64,000 bases of DNA from Squalus acanthias. Its lineage: Eukaryota. The DNA is taken from positions 41,480,001 through 41,544,000 of the forward strand of contig CM059432.1 in assembly GCA_030390025.1 (NCBI GenBank), read 5' to 3'. A model generated the notes under the pieces. It was not told the origin of the DNA, did not search any database, and saw only the letters and a list, made by a program, of their open reading frames with translations. Made by a program: the position numbers and the translations under genes. This document shows, in pieces, positions 49,486-61,580 of the stretch (the first letter of the stretch is position 1; each line of letters begins with the position of its first letter).

Positions 49486-50480
49486 TGTTCGTTTATAAAG
49501 GATTTATCTCGCTCTCTCCAATCTTCCTTCTTTCTTTCTCTCATGCTGTCTCCACTCATTTGTGATCTATTGTAATCGTACTTAAAACATTTTTCTACCA
49601 TGATGATTCTTTCTATCTTCTGAAGATGGGAAAGAGAGCGAATATTGAAGAACAATGGGAAAAAGAAAAAAAATGACCTACTAGGATAAAGTTAAAATAA
49701 ATAAACAAACCATGATGCAACACTAAAATCTTGGGAAGCTCGTGACAAGTGTTAAAACATATAGAGAAAAATAAAATTCTTTGTTTATTCTTATATAATT
49801 TATTGACTACAGATGGGCGCAATATAATTAGATCAGCATAAACTAGAGAACAAAACTTTTGTTAGTGAGTAATCTGGCAAAAACAAACCATTAGTCTACA
49901 AGTACCCCAGCAGCTAAATTCTGTCAGAATTCGCTTCTGGCTTGTTCCCAGGGTCAGGTCACCAGTTTCCACTTAGCCTGCCATGTTGTGGGCTGTTGAC
50001 TGCTGTGATGGTCCCACTGGGTCAGATGTTAGAATGCAGAAAGATGCCTTGATCTCAACAGTCACAGCGGCCCTCAAGTAGCTATGTTTCCGCCTATTAA
50101 TTGTGGGCTGAGCAGCTTTGAATGAGAACTGACACCTTTTAATATGCTACTTTATGAACGTAAAGTAATTTATATTATCAAAATGATGGAGGGGACAGAA
50201 TGTAAGCTCTAAGTCATCTTATTGTGTTCTCAGTACATTCCCTGAGGGAGAATAAACATATAGGTTTGCCAGGAATAACAGTATTTCGAAGCTGCAACTT
50301 CTCCTTTCCTATAAAGCCAATTATATAGAACTCATTCAAAATCATCCAACCAGTGAATTATATATGCTCCAAACAATTTAGAAGGTGAAATATTCGTGAT
50401 CAAATGGATGTCTTGAACACAGTTTGTAAACAAATTTAAAAGATGATTGGTTTGAATAAAATAATTACAGCAATTGAAAT

Positions 50481-50913
50481 TCACCCATCACCCCTGTGCT
50501 CGCTCATCTTCATTGGTTCCCAGTCCGGTCGCGCCTCAATTTTCAAATTCTCATCTTTGTTTTCAAATCCCTCTTCGCCCTTCCCTATCTCTGTAACCTC
50601 CTCCAGACCTACAACCCTCTGAAATCTCTGCGCTCCACCAATTCATGTCTCTTGTGCATCCCAAATTGGCGGCCATGCTTTCAGCTGCCTAGGCTCTACA
50701 CTCTGGACTTCGCCCCTAAACCTCGCCGCCTCTCTCCATCTCTCACCTCCTTTAAGACGCTCCTTAAATCCTCTCTCTTTGACTAAGCTTTTGGTCATCT
50801 GTCCTAATATCTCCTTATGTGGCTCAATGTCGAATTTTGTTTGATAATGCTACTGTGAAGCACTGTGGGATGTTTTAATACGTTAGGCGCTATATAAATA
50901 CTTGTTGTTGTTG
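50481..50913 (+). mobile_element. L2 LINE 3' end
   Basis: ITPVLAHLHWFPV..R..FQIL..VFKSL, FKTLLKS; tail GGCGCTATATAAAT..(TTG)n. Confidence 0.88.
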
Positions 50914-51082
50914 TAAGGATTTATAGTCTTGAATAGAGCATTAATAGCCAGGTTGAAGGTGCTCTAACAAAGAAACAAATGAATCCCTCAACCATTCTTC
51001 AAGCCTAACTTTCACCACATAAGACAATACACTGGCAGTTCAACAGTTTTGAAAGTTATCACATAGATGTAGAAAAGATTAA

Positions 51083-51964
51083 GGGGGAGAAATTCGGTAT
51101 CGCCCCATTTGGGGAGCAATTATCGGCCGGGCACAAAGTTTAGTGCCTGGTGCTAATTATCGCCTCCGACTGCAAACTTGGCTTCTATCGCCCCTGGAGG
51201 TGATTGGAGTGCTAAATCAGGCGCTACACACCTCTCTTAAGGCGCTAATGCCGAGGAGTGAGGCGCTACCTCAGAGCACTGGCGAAGCTCAAGTGATGTC
51301 AGTCAGCAATGGAACACAGCCACACTGGCGCCAGCCAGTTCTTAAAGGGGAGGGTCGATCTTGCTCTCCATCCACACCCTGCTCATTGCAGCCTTGAATC
51401 TCGGCCTGGAGAGACCTGTATATCAATTCTGCTGGAAAGAACAATGGAGAGACCCAGGAAAAGAGCTCAGAGTGCAGCCCCCCAGTCTCTTCTAAATCAA
51501 TGCAAGGAAGGTCAAATCAAAATGAACCTGCAAAGTGCTGCTCAGTACCCAAAATTCCTTCACACAGCATTGAATCTCTCCAGAAGTCTTTTCTCTCTCT
51601 CTCTCTCTCTCAGAATGCGTGGTGCAAAAATGTTGCCGACAAAAAAAGGCAGGAAGCGGCCGCCTTTAAATAGCGCTCCCCCAGTCCCTTCCCGACTGCA
51701 AAACGTTCCCCTCTACCTGTTGTTGCTAGCGGTAAAGCAGGGGGCGCCACTCAATATCCGGTCCGGGGCGCTACCGGGGCGTTGCACGCTCGACTGACGT
51801 CACAATCTGCGGGCGCAGGAGATCATGGCGGTAGTGTTTAGCGCCGCCACAAAATATCTGGTCAATTTCGCGAGCGGCGCAAACATCGCCGCGCCTGGGT
51901 GCTAGTTGCTTTGCGCCCTCTTAGGGCGCTAACGGGAGGCGCAAAGCAAACCAATTTTTCCCCC
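51083..51964 (-). mobile_element. Internal-deletion derivative of Harbinger family A
   Basis: TAA TSD (51080-51082, 51965-51967); 51083-51470 matches rc of ~12284-11900 and 51471-51964 matches rc of ~8568-8044. Confidence 0.92.
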
Positions 51965-52018
51965 TAAATATTGCAATTTATACAGCTCCCCCATGTTGAC
52001 TGTGCTTAAATCCAGTAT

Positions 52019-52235
52019 CCATGATGCGGAGATGCCGGTGTTGGACTGGGGTGGACAAAAGTGAGAAGTCGCACAACACCAGGTTATAGTCCAACAGCTT
52101 TATTTGAAATCACAAGCTTTTGGAGCGCTGCTCCTTCGTCAGTTGAAGTCTGACCTGACGAAGGAGCAGCGCTCCGAAAGCTTGTGATTTCAAATAAAGC
52201 TGTTGGACTATAACCTGGTGTTGTGCGACTTCTCA
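52019..52235. mobile_element. Penelope-type fold-back insertion with hammerhead-like core
   Basis: 84-bp arms 52059-52142 and 52155-52238 with one mismatch; 14-bp TSD CTTAAATCCAGTAT (52005-52018, 52236-52249). Confidence 0.85.
52151..52187 (+). ncRNA. Minimal hammerhead ribozyme motif
   Basis: CTGACGA-A-GGAGC(AGC)GCTCC-GAAA-GCTT-GTGA: CUGANGA and GAAA boxes, 5-bp stem II, palindromic AAGCTT in place of stem III. Confidence 0.65.
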
Positions 52236-52405
52236 CTTAAATCCAGTATGACACCTTCAACTCCTGGACAGTAAACTGGCAGTGCAGATTGCCCACGCAT
52301 TATAGAATCCATCCAATTTTTATCCCATTGATTTCTTGGAATGAAAAGCGGGATAATTATGTTCCTCTGAAAACAATAAATATATTTAACAAAGGTTCCA
52401 TGATA

Positions 52406-55400
52406 TTTTTTATTAATTCATGGGATGTGGGCATCGCTGGCAAGGCCAGTATTTATTGCCCATCCCCAATTGCCCTTGAGAAGGTGGTGATGAGCCGCCT
52501 TCTTGAACCGTTGCAGTCCGTGAGGTAAAGGTACTCCCACAGCGCTGTTAAGGAGGAAGTTCCAGGATTTTGACCAAACAACGATAAAGGAACGGTGATA
52601 TATTTCCAAGTCAGGATGGTGTGTGTCTTGGAGCGGAATTTGCAGGTAGTGCTGTTCCCATGCGCCTGCTGTCTTTGTCCTTCTAGGTGGCAGAGGTCAT
52701 GGGTTTGGGAAGTGCTGTCGAAGTAGCCTTGGCAATGGTGCACACTGCAGCCACGGTGCGCTGGTGGTGGAGGAGTGAATGTTTAAGGTGGTGGATGGGG
52801 TGCCAATCAAGCGGGCTGCTTTGTCCTGGATGGTGTCGAGCTTCTTGAGTGTTGTTGGACCTGCGCTCATCCAGGCAAGTGGAGAGTATTCCATCACACC
52901 CCTGACTTGTGCCTTGTAGATGATTCAAAGGCTTTGGGGAGTCAGGAGATGAGTCACTTGCCACAGAATACCCAGCCTCTGACCTGCTCTTGTAGCCACA
53001 GTATTCATATGGCTGGTCCAGTTAAGTATCTGGTCAATGGTAACCACCAGGATGCTGATGGTGGGGAACTTGGAGATGGCAATCCCATATCAAGGGGAGG
53101 TGGCTAGACTCTCTCTGGTTGGAGATGGTCATTGCCTGGCACTTATGTGGCATGAATGTTACTTGACGCTCATCAGCCCAAGCCTGAATGTTGTCCAGGT
53201 CTTGCTGCATGCGGGCACAGACTGTTCCATAATATGAGGAATTGTGAATATAATTGAACACTGTGCAATCATCAGTGAACATCCCCACTTCTGACCTTAT
53301 GATGGAGGGAAGGTCATTGATGAAGTAGCTGAAGATGGTTTGGCCTTGACACTACCATGATGAACACCTGCAGCGATGTCCTGGGGCTGAGATGATTGGC
53401 CTCCAACAACCACAACCATCTTCCTTTGTGCTAGTTATGACTCCAGCCAATGGAAAGTTTTCCCCTTGATTCCCATTGACTCCTATTTTACTAGGGCTCC
53501 TTGACGCCACACTTGATCAAATGCTGCCTTGATGTCAAGGGCAGTCACTCTCACCTCACCTCTAGAATTCAGCACTTTTGTCCATGTTTGATCCAAGGTT
53601 GTAATGAGGTCTGGAGCCGAGTGGTCCTGGCAGAACCCAAACTGAGCACTGGTGAACAGGTTATTGGTGAGTATGTGCCACTTAATAGCACTATCGACGA
53701 CAACTTCCATCACTTTGCTGATGGGGCGGTAATTGGCCGGATTGGATTTGTCCTGCTTTTTGTGGACAGGACATACCTGGGCAGTTTTCCACTTTGTCGG
53801 GTAGATGTCCGTGTTGTAGCTGTGCTGGAGCAGCTTGGCTAGAGGTGCAGCTAGTTCTGGAGCACAAGTCTTCAGCACTACAGCCAGGATGTTGTTGGGG
53901 CCCATAGCCTTTGCTGTATCCAGTGCGCTCAGCTGTTTCTTGATATCACGTGGAGTGAATCAAATTGGCTAAAGACTGGCTTCTGTGATGGTGGTGACCT
54001 CAGGAGGAGGCCAAAAGGGATCATCCACTCGGCACTTCTGGCTGAAGATGGTTGCAAATGCTTCAGACTTATCTTTTGCACTCACGTGCCGAGCTCCGCC
54101 ATCATTGAGGGTGGGGATATTCATGGAGCCTCCTCCTCCCGTTAGTTGTTTCGTTGTCCAGCACCATTCACGACTGGATGTTGTAGGACTGCAGAGCTTT
54201 GATCGTTGTGGGATTGCTTAGCTCTGTCTATAGCATGCTGCTTCCGCTGTTTACCATGCATGTAGTTCTGTGTTGTAGCTTCACCAGGTTGGCACCTTAT
54301 TTTTAGGTATGCCTGGTGCTGCTCTTCTACACTCCTCATTGAACCAGGGTTGGTCCCCTGGCTTGATGGTAATGGTAGGGTGAGGGATATGCCAGGCCAT
54401 GAGGTTACAAATTATGGTGGAATACAATTCTGCTGCTGCTGATGACCCACAGTGCCTTATGGATGTCCAGTTTTTAGCTGCTAGATCTGTTCTGGATCTA
54501 TCCCATTTAGCATGTTGGTAGTGCCACACAACACATTGGAGGGTGTCTTGTTAAAATGGGACTTCGTCTCCACAAGGACTGTGTGGTGGTCACTCCTACC
54601 AATACTGTCATGGACAGATGCATCTGCGACAGGTAGATTAATGAATATGAGGTCAAGTAGGTTATTCCCTCCTGTTGGTTCTCACCATCTGTCACAGGCC
54701 CAGACTGGCAGCTGTGTCATTCAGGACCCGGCCAGCTCGGTCAGTAGTGGTGCTTCCGAGCCACTCTTGGTGATGGACATTGAAGCCTCCCACCAAGAAT
54801 ACATTCTGTGCCCTTGCTACCCTCAGTGATTCTTCGAAGTTGTGTTCAACATAGCGGAGTACTGACGGAGGACGGTAAGTGTAATCAGTTGGAGGTTTCC
54901 TTGCCCATGTTTAACCTGATGCCATAGACTTCATGGGGTCCGGAGTCAATATTGAGGACTCCCAGGTCCACGCCTTCTCAACATATACCACTGTGTCACA
55001 TCGTCTGGTGGGTCTGTCCTGCCGCTGGGACAGGACAAACCCAGGGATAGTGATGGAGCAGTCTGGGATGTTGGCTGAAAGTGCTGTACTGTCGGAGGTG
55101 CCGTCTTTCAGATGAGGCCCCATCTGCTCTCTCAGGTAGATGTAAAAGATCCCATGGCACTATTTTGAAGAATAGCAGGGGAGTTATCCCCGGTGTCCTG
55201 GCCAATAATTATCCCTCAACCAACATAACAAAAAAAAAAAAGATTATCTGGTCATTATCACATTGCTGTTTGTGGGAGCTTGCTGTGCGCAAATTGGCTG
55301 CCGTGTTTCCCACATTACAACAGTGACTCCACTTCAAAAGTACTTCATTGGCTGTAAAGCGTTTTGAGACGTCCGGTGGTCGTGAAAGGCGCTATATAAA

Positions 55401-55514
55401 TGTAAGTCTTTCTTTCTTTTCTTTGTGATTCCGTGAGTGTGACTATGCTTATGAGTATGATTATGTCAGGCTGTTGCTTGACTAGTCTGTGGGACAGTTC
55501 TCCCAATTGTTGGC
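52406..55514 (-). mobile_element. Long decayed LINE family B (CR1/L2 group) ORF2
   Basis: VLKTCAPELAAPL, NPANYRPIS, QFGF, ALDIKAAFD, MFTDD; endonuclease remnants near 55.0-55.5 kb. Confidence 0.9.
55076..55424 (+). mobile_element. Deu-domain SINE (SacSINE1/AmnSINE1-like), 5'-truncated
   Basis: GTAAAAGATCCCATGGCACTATT, GGTGTCCTGGCCAA, GCTGTTTGTGGGAGCTTGCTGTGCGCAAATTGGCTGC, L2-like tail plus (TTTC)n. Confidence 0.85.
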
Positions 55515-56424
55515 TAATGAAGTATATATAATAATTGCAGAAATTTCACATATCTGATCAGTCTTTGGGTCTTTTCAGTTTTCAAAGCTGTGTATGATGA
55601 GCTGAGAATCTGGACTGTGGTAATTTATTAATCTGTTAGTTTGAAATGAATTTTTATTTTCACTTTGAGATTTCCAGTGAGTTATCTTATAACCAGCCGT
55701 TTACATTTGGTATCATTTTCTGTAATTAAGATCAATGTCCTCAAGACAACACTGCGTTTGCTTTCAGTGTTCTGAAAATGATGGCAAATTTCCAGCCAGC
55801 TGCTGAATTGTCAAATGGAGTTCCTTTGGTCATGGTTTAGTAATTTGAATTCATCCAGAGTTAGCTAAATCTGTCTGGAAAATAAGGCACTGCTTGACAT
55901 AAAATTTAGTGGAAAAAGTATTTTGGCTATTTTAATTAACACGAAATTCTTCGATTCGGCTTTGCTGATGAGCCACAAGTATAACAAGGAGAGCATGAGA
56001 CAGGGAACTGCACTAGTCGTAAGAGTCTTGTGAAGTGTTGGAACAGTTAACAAGTATCTGTAGCTCTGATAATGGCCCTTGTGGTGTTTATATTACTTAT
56101 TTCCTTCGGCTGATTCGTTGCCTAAGTTACCTTTACTTTGTTGTTCCTCAGAGGTAAAAGGAAATGACTTTGCACTCCAAGTGGATTATTTCACCACAGT
56201 AAATCAGTGTCTGGATATTCAAGGTATTCTAGAAATTTGTTACTAATTTGATTAGCATGTCTCTCATTGACATGTTTATACTAGACAATTTGCAGTAGTG
56301 CAAAATGGTTTGAGCTTTTCACCAACTTCACGTTTAATCTTGTTTTTGTTTTACTTTCTTGTGTGTGTGGTTTTGTGCTAATCAAGGTGAGGAATGTTAA
56401 TACTGCATATTACAAAATTTTAGA

Positions 56425-56610
56425 TTTCAGGTACCCAGTATCGGTATCAAGCATTCTCGAGAGGTTTTAAATGCTTAGATGCAGAGTAAAGCTCCCTCTA
56501 CTCTGCCCAACATATACCTCAGTCACAATCTCAGCAGAGCAGCTCCGAATGCACTGGTGAGCCACTTTTCCATTTCCCACACCAGCCATTCTCAGTGAGA
56601 TTGTCAAACT
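56425..56610 (-). mobile_element. LF-SINE-like 3' fragment
   Basis: rc GGGCAGAGTAGAGGGAGCTTTACTCTGCATCT...TGCTTGATACCGATACTGGGTACCTGAAA; family name from recalled consensus. Confidence 0.5.
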
Positions 56611-57104
56611 TTGCCTGAGATATAGGAATCCTCTTGACGTCCATTGTCTTTCATTTGACAACTACGTTAAGCTTCGGTTTCCATTCTGCCACATTTACAT
56701 CATCCATTCAATTACAAATTGTTTTTGAAGTTACTTCTATACAGTCAGCTAATCTGGCCATAGATGTGATAAGATTATGCATGCTTGTTATCACTCATTA
56801 GAGGCATATCTAGAATGTTACTAAGCCTATTGCCACTGTGTCCAGAACTGAGGATGGCCTGGAGCCAGGTTTGGGGCTGTGGGCTGCAGTGGGAGTGCAG
56901 ATCTGACCTAAGTTTCAGGGAATTGATAATCACTTAAAGGAATTCCTGACACCGAATCCAAGCAGCACTCTTCTTGTAATGTTAAAGTGCAGTAAGTGAG
57001 TCTCCCTCGGCTCAGTTTATCACTTCATAAAGTCTTGATGCTGCGTTGATAATCCCTTTGAGTGCATCACAAATATTACAAGCTTAGTTTCTGTGAGTGA
57101 AAGG

Positions 57105-57550
57105 CTTTGGAAGGAGTACACCACAGACTAACCAGAATGATACCAGGGCTTAAGGGGTTAAATTATGAAGATAGGTTGCATAAACTTGGCTTGTATTCCC
57201 TTGAGTATAGAAGGGTGATCTAATTAAGGTCTTTAAAATGGTAAAGGGATTTGATAGGGTTGTTACAGAGAAACTACTTCCTCGAGTGGGGGAATCCAGA
57301 ACAAGAAGGCATAATCTTAAAATTTCGCACAGAGTAGAGGAAATCTGGAACTCGCTCGCCATAAAGGCTGTGGATGCTGGAAGAATTCAAATTTTCAAGA
57401 CTGAAATCGATAGATTTATGTTGGGTAAGGGCATTAGGGGTATGGAACAAAGGCAAGTGAATAGAGTGGAGCTACAGATCAGTCATGATCTCATTGAATG
57501 GCAGAACATGCTCGAGGGGCTGAATGGCCTACTCCTGTTCCTATTGTCCT
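57105..57550 (+). mobile_element. Decayed CR1 3' fragment
   Basis: GESRTR, IWNSL, FKTEIDRF; tail GAATGGCCTACTCCTGTTCC. Confidence 0.85.
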
Positions 57551-57624
57551 AGTTCCCACCAGTTCAGCTTTGTTTCTTGTAGGAATATCGTTGCACCCAA
57601 TTTTTGAGCATTAAATCAATGTTT

Positions 57625-58209
57625 GGGGAGGAATTTTGGGACGCGATCTCCTGCGCCCGATCTTCCCCCGATCTTGCCAATTTGGAAGCCGACGGCTTCT
57701 AGGTGTGCCCTGCTGAAACAGGAGTTAGGGGCCTTGCAAACGCAAATCGCCATTGTAGAAACCTGATTGAAATTGGTCAGCAAATGAGCAGAGCAAGTGC
57801 CACACATGGTCCAGTTATTCCGGGTCTTCAGCGGCCTAATGAGCGTCCTTAAAGGGACCGCTGGAAACATTCCAAAAAGGTAAGAAAAGTTTCTTAAAGT
57901 CACATTTCTGTGGATCCAGGAGGAGCAGTAGCTCCAGGCTCCACAAAAATACTGTGGGACACTGCTAGCCTGGACCTACCCCCTCCATTTTGCCTCACCC
58001 CCATCCAGGACCTACCTGTGGGCCGGCTCAGTGTCCGAGCCAGTTGGAATTGGTCATGTTCCAATCGGCGAACTGCTTCAGAACGCCCGATTGGCGTCCG
58101 CAGCTCACTGGTGTTATGCAAATAAAGCCCATGGATTGGACCTCAGGCTTCAGGTGTATGTTTGGCTCGCGCCTCCTATCACAAACCGACGCACGACAAA
58201 TTTCTCTTT
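57625..58209. mobile_element. Old MITE-like element
   Basis: Starts GGGGAGGAATTTTG, ends CAAATTTCTC; CpG-rich; CCAGGAGGAGCA block shared with 48.9 kb and 33.4 kb. Confidence 0.45.
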
Positions 58210-58261
58210 AAACATCTCTTATTAAAGAAGAACCATTAAAAACGGAATTTTAAAGGCTGTT

Positions 58262-58434
58262 AGGAAAGTATAATACTCAGAGTTAATAGCACTTCAGACT
58301 TTACAATATAGAAAAGCGTAGAACATTAATAGTTTTTCAGAAGAAAACTATTAACTGAGTATTATACTTTCCTTTCTTCTGAAAAACTATTAAGGTTCTA
58401 CGCTTTTCTATATTGTAAAGTCTGAAGTGCTATT
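58262..58434. repeat. Interleaved inverted duplication A-B-A'-B'
   Basis: A 58262-58289 / A' 58348-58373; B 58285-58346 / B' 58373-58434 (62 bp, one mismatch). Confidence 0.92.
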
Positions 58435-59099
58435 CTACTTTGTTCCAGACAGTATAAAGCTAAATAAACACTTCTAATGTTAGTTACTTCAGTTTTATTT
58501 TATAGCCTGAGCATTCCAGAAGTTGCTGAGATGGAAAAGGATATACATCATAAATAGAGTTACGTAATATACACAAGCCAGAGCACATGTGCCAAGGGAA
58601 AGATGGCAGCAAATGGATTTTCAAAATGAAAACACCTGTTAAATCTGCTTATAACAGTCCTCAATTTTATAATCGGTTCTTCCAACATTTTTTATTACCA
58701 TGGAATTTTTATGACTGATGAAAACTGCCAATAAAATATATTTCAAGATGTTTGTTCACATGCAATAAAAAAAATCTATGAAAGAAAGGATAAACTCTGC
58801 ATCTGACCTTACTGCTGATGATTGTCAATATTTACCTTCTTGTTTCTTGCCGAGAGAGTTCAGAATGGAAACAACTTTAGTGACAGCTAAACCTGACAGC
58901 ATAAAATTTTGTTTTGCAAATTTGATGGCATTTGCGCTAACTCAGAAATATCAAATATTGCTTTGCCTTCTATCACTGTTGCATATATGACCCAGTAGCA
59001 CAAAGATTTGGAATGCACTTGAAATCCAGAGCTTGGTCAATTGAGGTGTCCTGCATTGTGAATTTCTGTTAAAGTATTCTTTGATCAGATAAAGGTACC

Positions 59100-60745
59100 T
59101 TACATAGAATTACATTACATAGAATATACAGCACAGAAACAGGCCATTTGGCCCAAATGGTCTATTCTGGTGTTTATATACCACATGAGCCTCCTCCCAC
59201 TCTAATTATCTTATCCCACTTTGTCCCCATACCCCTCTATTCCCTCCTCCTCATGGATGCATCAAACTTCGCCTTAAAAGCATCGATGCTTTCTGCTTCA
59301 ATCACTCTCTCTGTAAAGAAGTTTTTCCTAAATTCTTTATTTGATCTGTAAGTGGCTATTTAATGCTTATGCCCCCTTGTTCTGGATTCATCCACAAGTG
59401 GGGGGAATTTTCACATGAAAAAATGAGTGGGTTGGAGGCGGTGGGGGGAATGTTAAAGTTTTAAAAACCTAAATCCCGACCCCCAACCCGCCCACTTTCA
59501 ACTTTTACTCTGGCAGGATGGGGGCGCGGGCAACCAACCCGCTGCCAGGAGGTGAGTTGGCATCTTAAATATGATAATGAGGCCTGAGGCCACTGCTTTA
59601 ACCTGGTGTGCAGGTTTAACTGCAGCCGGCCGGGAATCCCGAGCCTCGGGAATCCAGGTAGCTGCAGCAAGGCAGACACAGCCTCGGGAGCAATCCTTGT
59701 GGGCTGGGAGGAGCAGCAAGCTCACCCACCAGCAGCCCGCCCCTTCCCGGGGTCGGGGATCGGACCCTCCGCTCCGGGGTCGTGTCTCAGACATCCCCCC
59801 CCCCCCCCCCCCGCCCCCGGGGATCGAACTCAGCCCTGGGGTCGGGGATTAGACCCCCCCGGGATCGCAACTCCCCCTTAGGATCAGGGCTCGGACACCC
59901 CCCCACCTGGGCTTGGAACCCCCCGCCCCCCTGGACCCAGCACCTAACCTGTTGCTGCGGCGTTCTGTCCAGCCAGCATTCCACGCCTGACTGGAAGCCA
60001 GCCTGTCATCAGTTAAAGTTTTAAAAATCTAAGTCCCGACCCCAACCTGCCCACTTTCAACCTTTACTCAGGCGGGAAGGGGGACGGGCAGCGAACCCGC
60101 TGCCAGGAGGCAAGTTGGCATTTAAAATATGATAATGAGGCTTTACGCCTCTGCCTGAAGTCACATGCACGCTATGGAGTTAAAACAGCGGGCCGGGAAC
60201 CCCCAACTTCCGGGCGGGTCGGAAACAGGAAAATCCAGGCCGTTTTTTTCACATTCACCCAATAGAACCCCTTCGTAATTTAAAAAAGTTCTATCAGGTC
60301 TCCTCTTAGACCTCACTTTTCCAGAGAAAAGAGCCCCAGCCTGCTCAATCTTTCCTGAGAGTTGCATTCTCTCAATTTTTGTAATGTTCTTGTAAACCTT
60401 TTCTGCAATTGCTCCAGTGCTTCAATATCCTTTTTTGTTGTACGGAGACCAGAACTGCGCACAATACTTTAAGTGTGGTCTAACCAAAGTTCTATATAAA
60501 TTTAACATACCTTCATGCTTTTGCATTCTATTCCTCTTGAGATGAACTCCAATACTTTGTTTGCACTCTTTATGGCATTATCAATTTATGTTGCTGCTTT
60601 TAGTGTTGTATGTATCTGCATTCCCAGATCTCTCTTACCCGCTACCTCACACATTGGTATATTGAATTTTATTTGCCATTTATCCACCCACTCTGCAAGC
60701 TTGTTTATGTCTTCCTGTATTTTTGGACAGTCCTCTACATTATTA
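59100..60745 (-). mobile_element. Old CR1 fragment interrupted by a MITE
   Basis: CATAGAAT tail at 59.1 kb; rc LVRPHL, and IQEDINKLAEWVDKWQIKFN at 60.4-60.7 kb. Confidence 0.78.
59400..60241. mobile_element. MITE-like insert with internal ~130-bp direct repeats
   Basis: Ends GGGGGGAATTTTC and rc GGCCTGGATTTTC; repeats at 59452-59583 and 60012-60141. Confidence 0.7.
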
Positions 60746-61580
60746 GTTATTATAAATAAAGATGCTTGAAGTTCAGTTGGCACTCATTTCTCTCGTACTT
60801 TGTATACTTCTCAATATAGGAGAATTGTTACAGTAACATTAACGGGGCATGTAAGACATTCTGATTTAGAATACTCACACAGAAATAATACAAGTAAAAT
60901 ATTCCAACAGGTATGTGATCCAATGAACAAAGCAACATCACAAACAACTTCAACACACCTCATGGCCGACAAAACTACAGAAACATTAAGATGCATTTTT
61001 CTTTAGCTGAAAACATATTGCAAGAACTGCCAATCGAACATGTCATGGCTAAACTTACAATACGATAAACATCTCCACATGACACATTAAGCTAATTATA
61101 GCCAACTGTTATACTTTGGAAGATTTTAACGATTTTTCCACAGAAAGAATTTGGAAAAAAATAACTTTTAATGTTGGGCTTTCAGACGTCAAAACAATGG
61201 GACAATCAGTCCTACTCCAGAGACTTGAGACAAATGCTACTGAGTTAGTTTTGATGTTGTTTTCCCATAGATTGGAAATAAGCAATTCTTTAGCCTGTCT
61301 CAGCAATCAAAAAACATCTCAGATCGATTGCAAAGTCTTTGATTTTTTTTTTGGCTGCGAGTGAACAGATTAAGGTGCAGGATAAGGGAAAGGCTTTTAA
61401 ATAGGAAGGCTGCAGGGGCAGTCAAGTTTTTAAAGAGAAAGCTGCAAAAGTTTCTGCCTCGATAGGTCAGGAAATATTGTAAGAACAATTAGAAATCATT
61501 TTGCTTAAGTCAAGTAAGATGACCTACATAATGTGAAGGAGCATGGTATTTTCTTTATTTTGTATCATTATGCAAAGATA

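Noticed and set aside
58836..58892. Possible minus-strand exon LAVTKVVSILNSLGKKQE
   Set aside because: Weak pyrimidine tract, no partner exons, not recognised.
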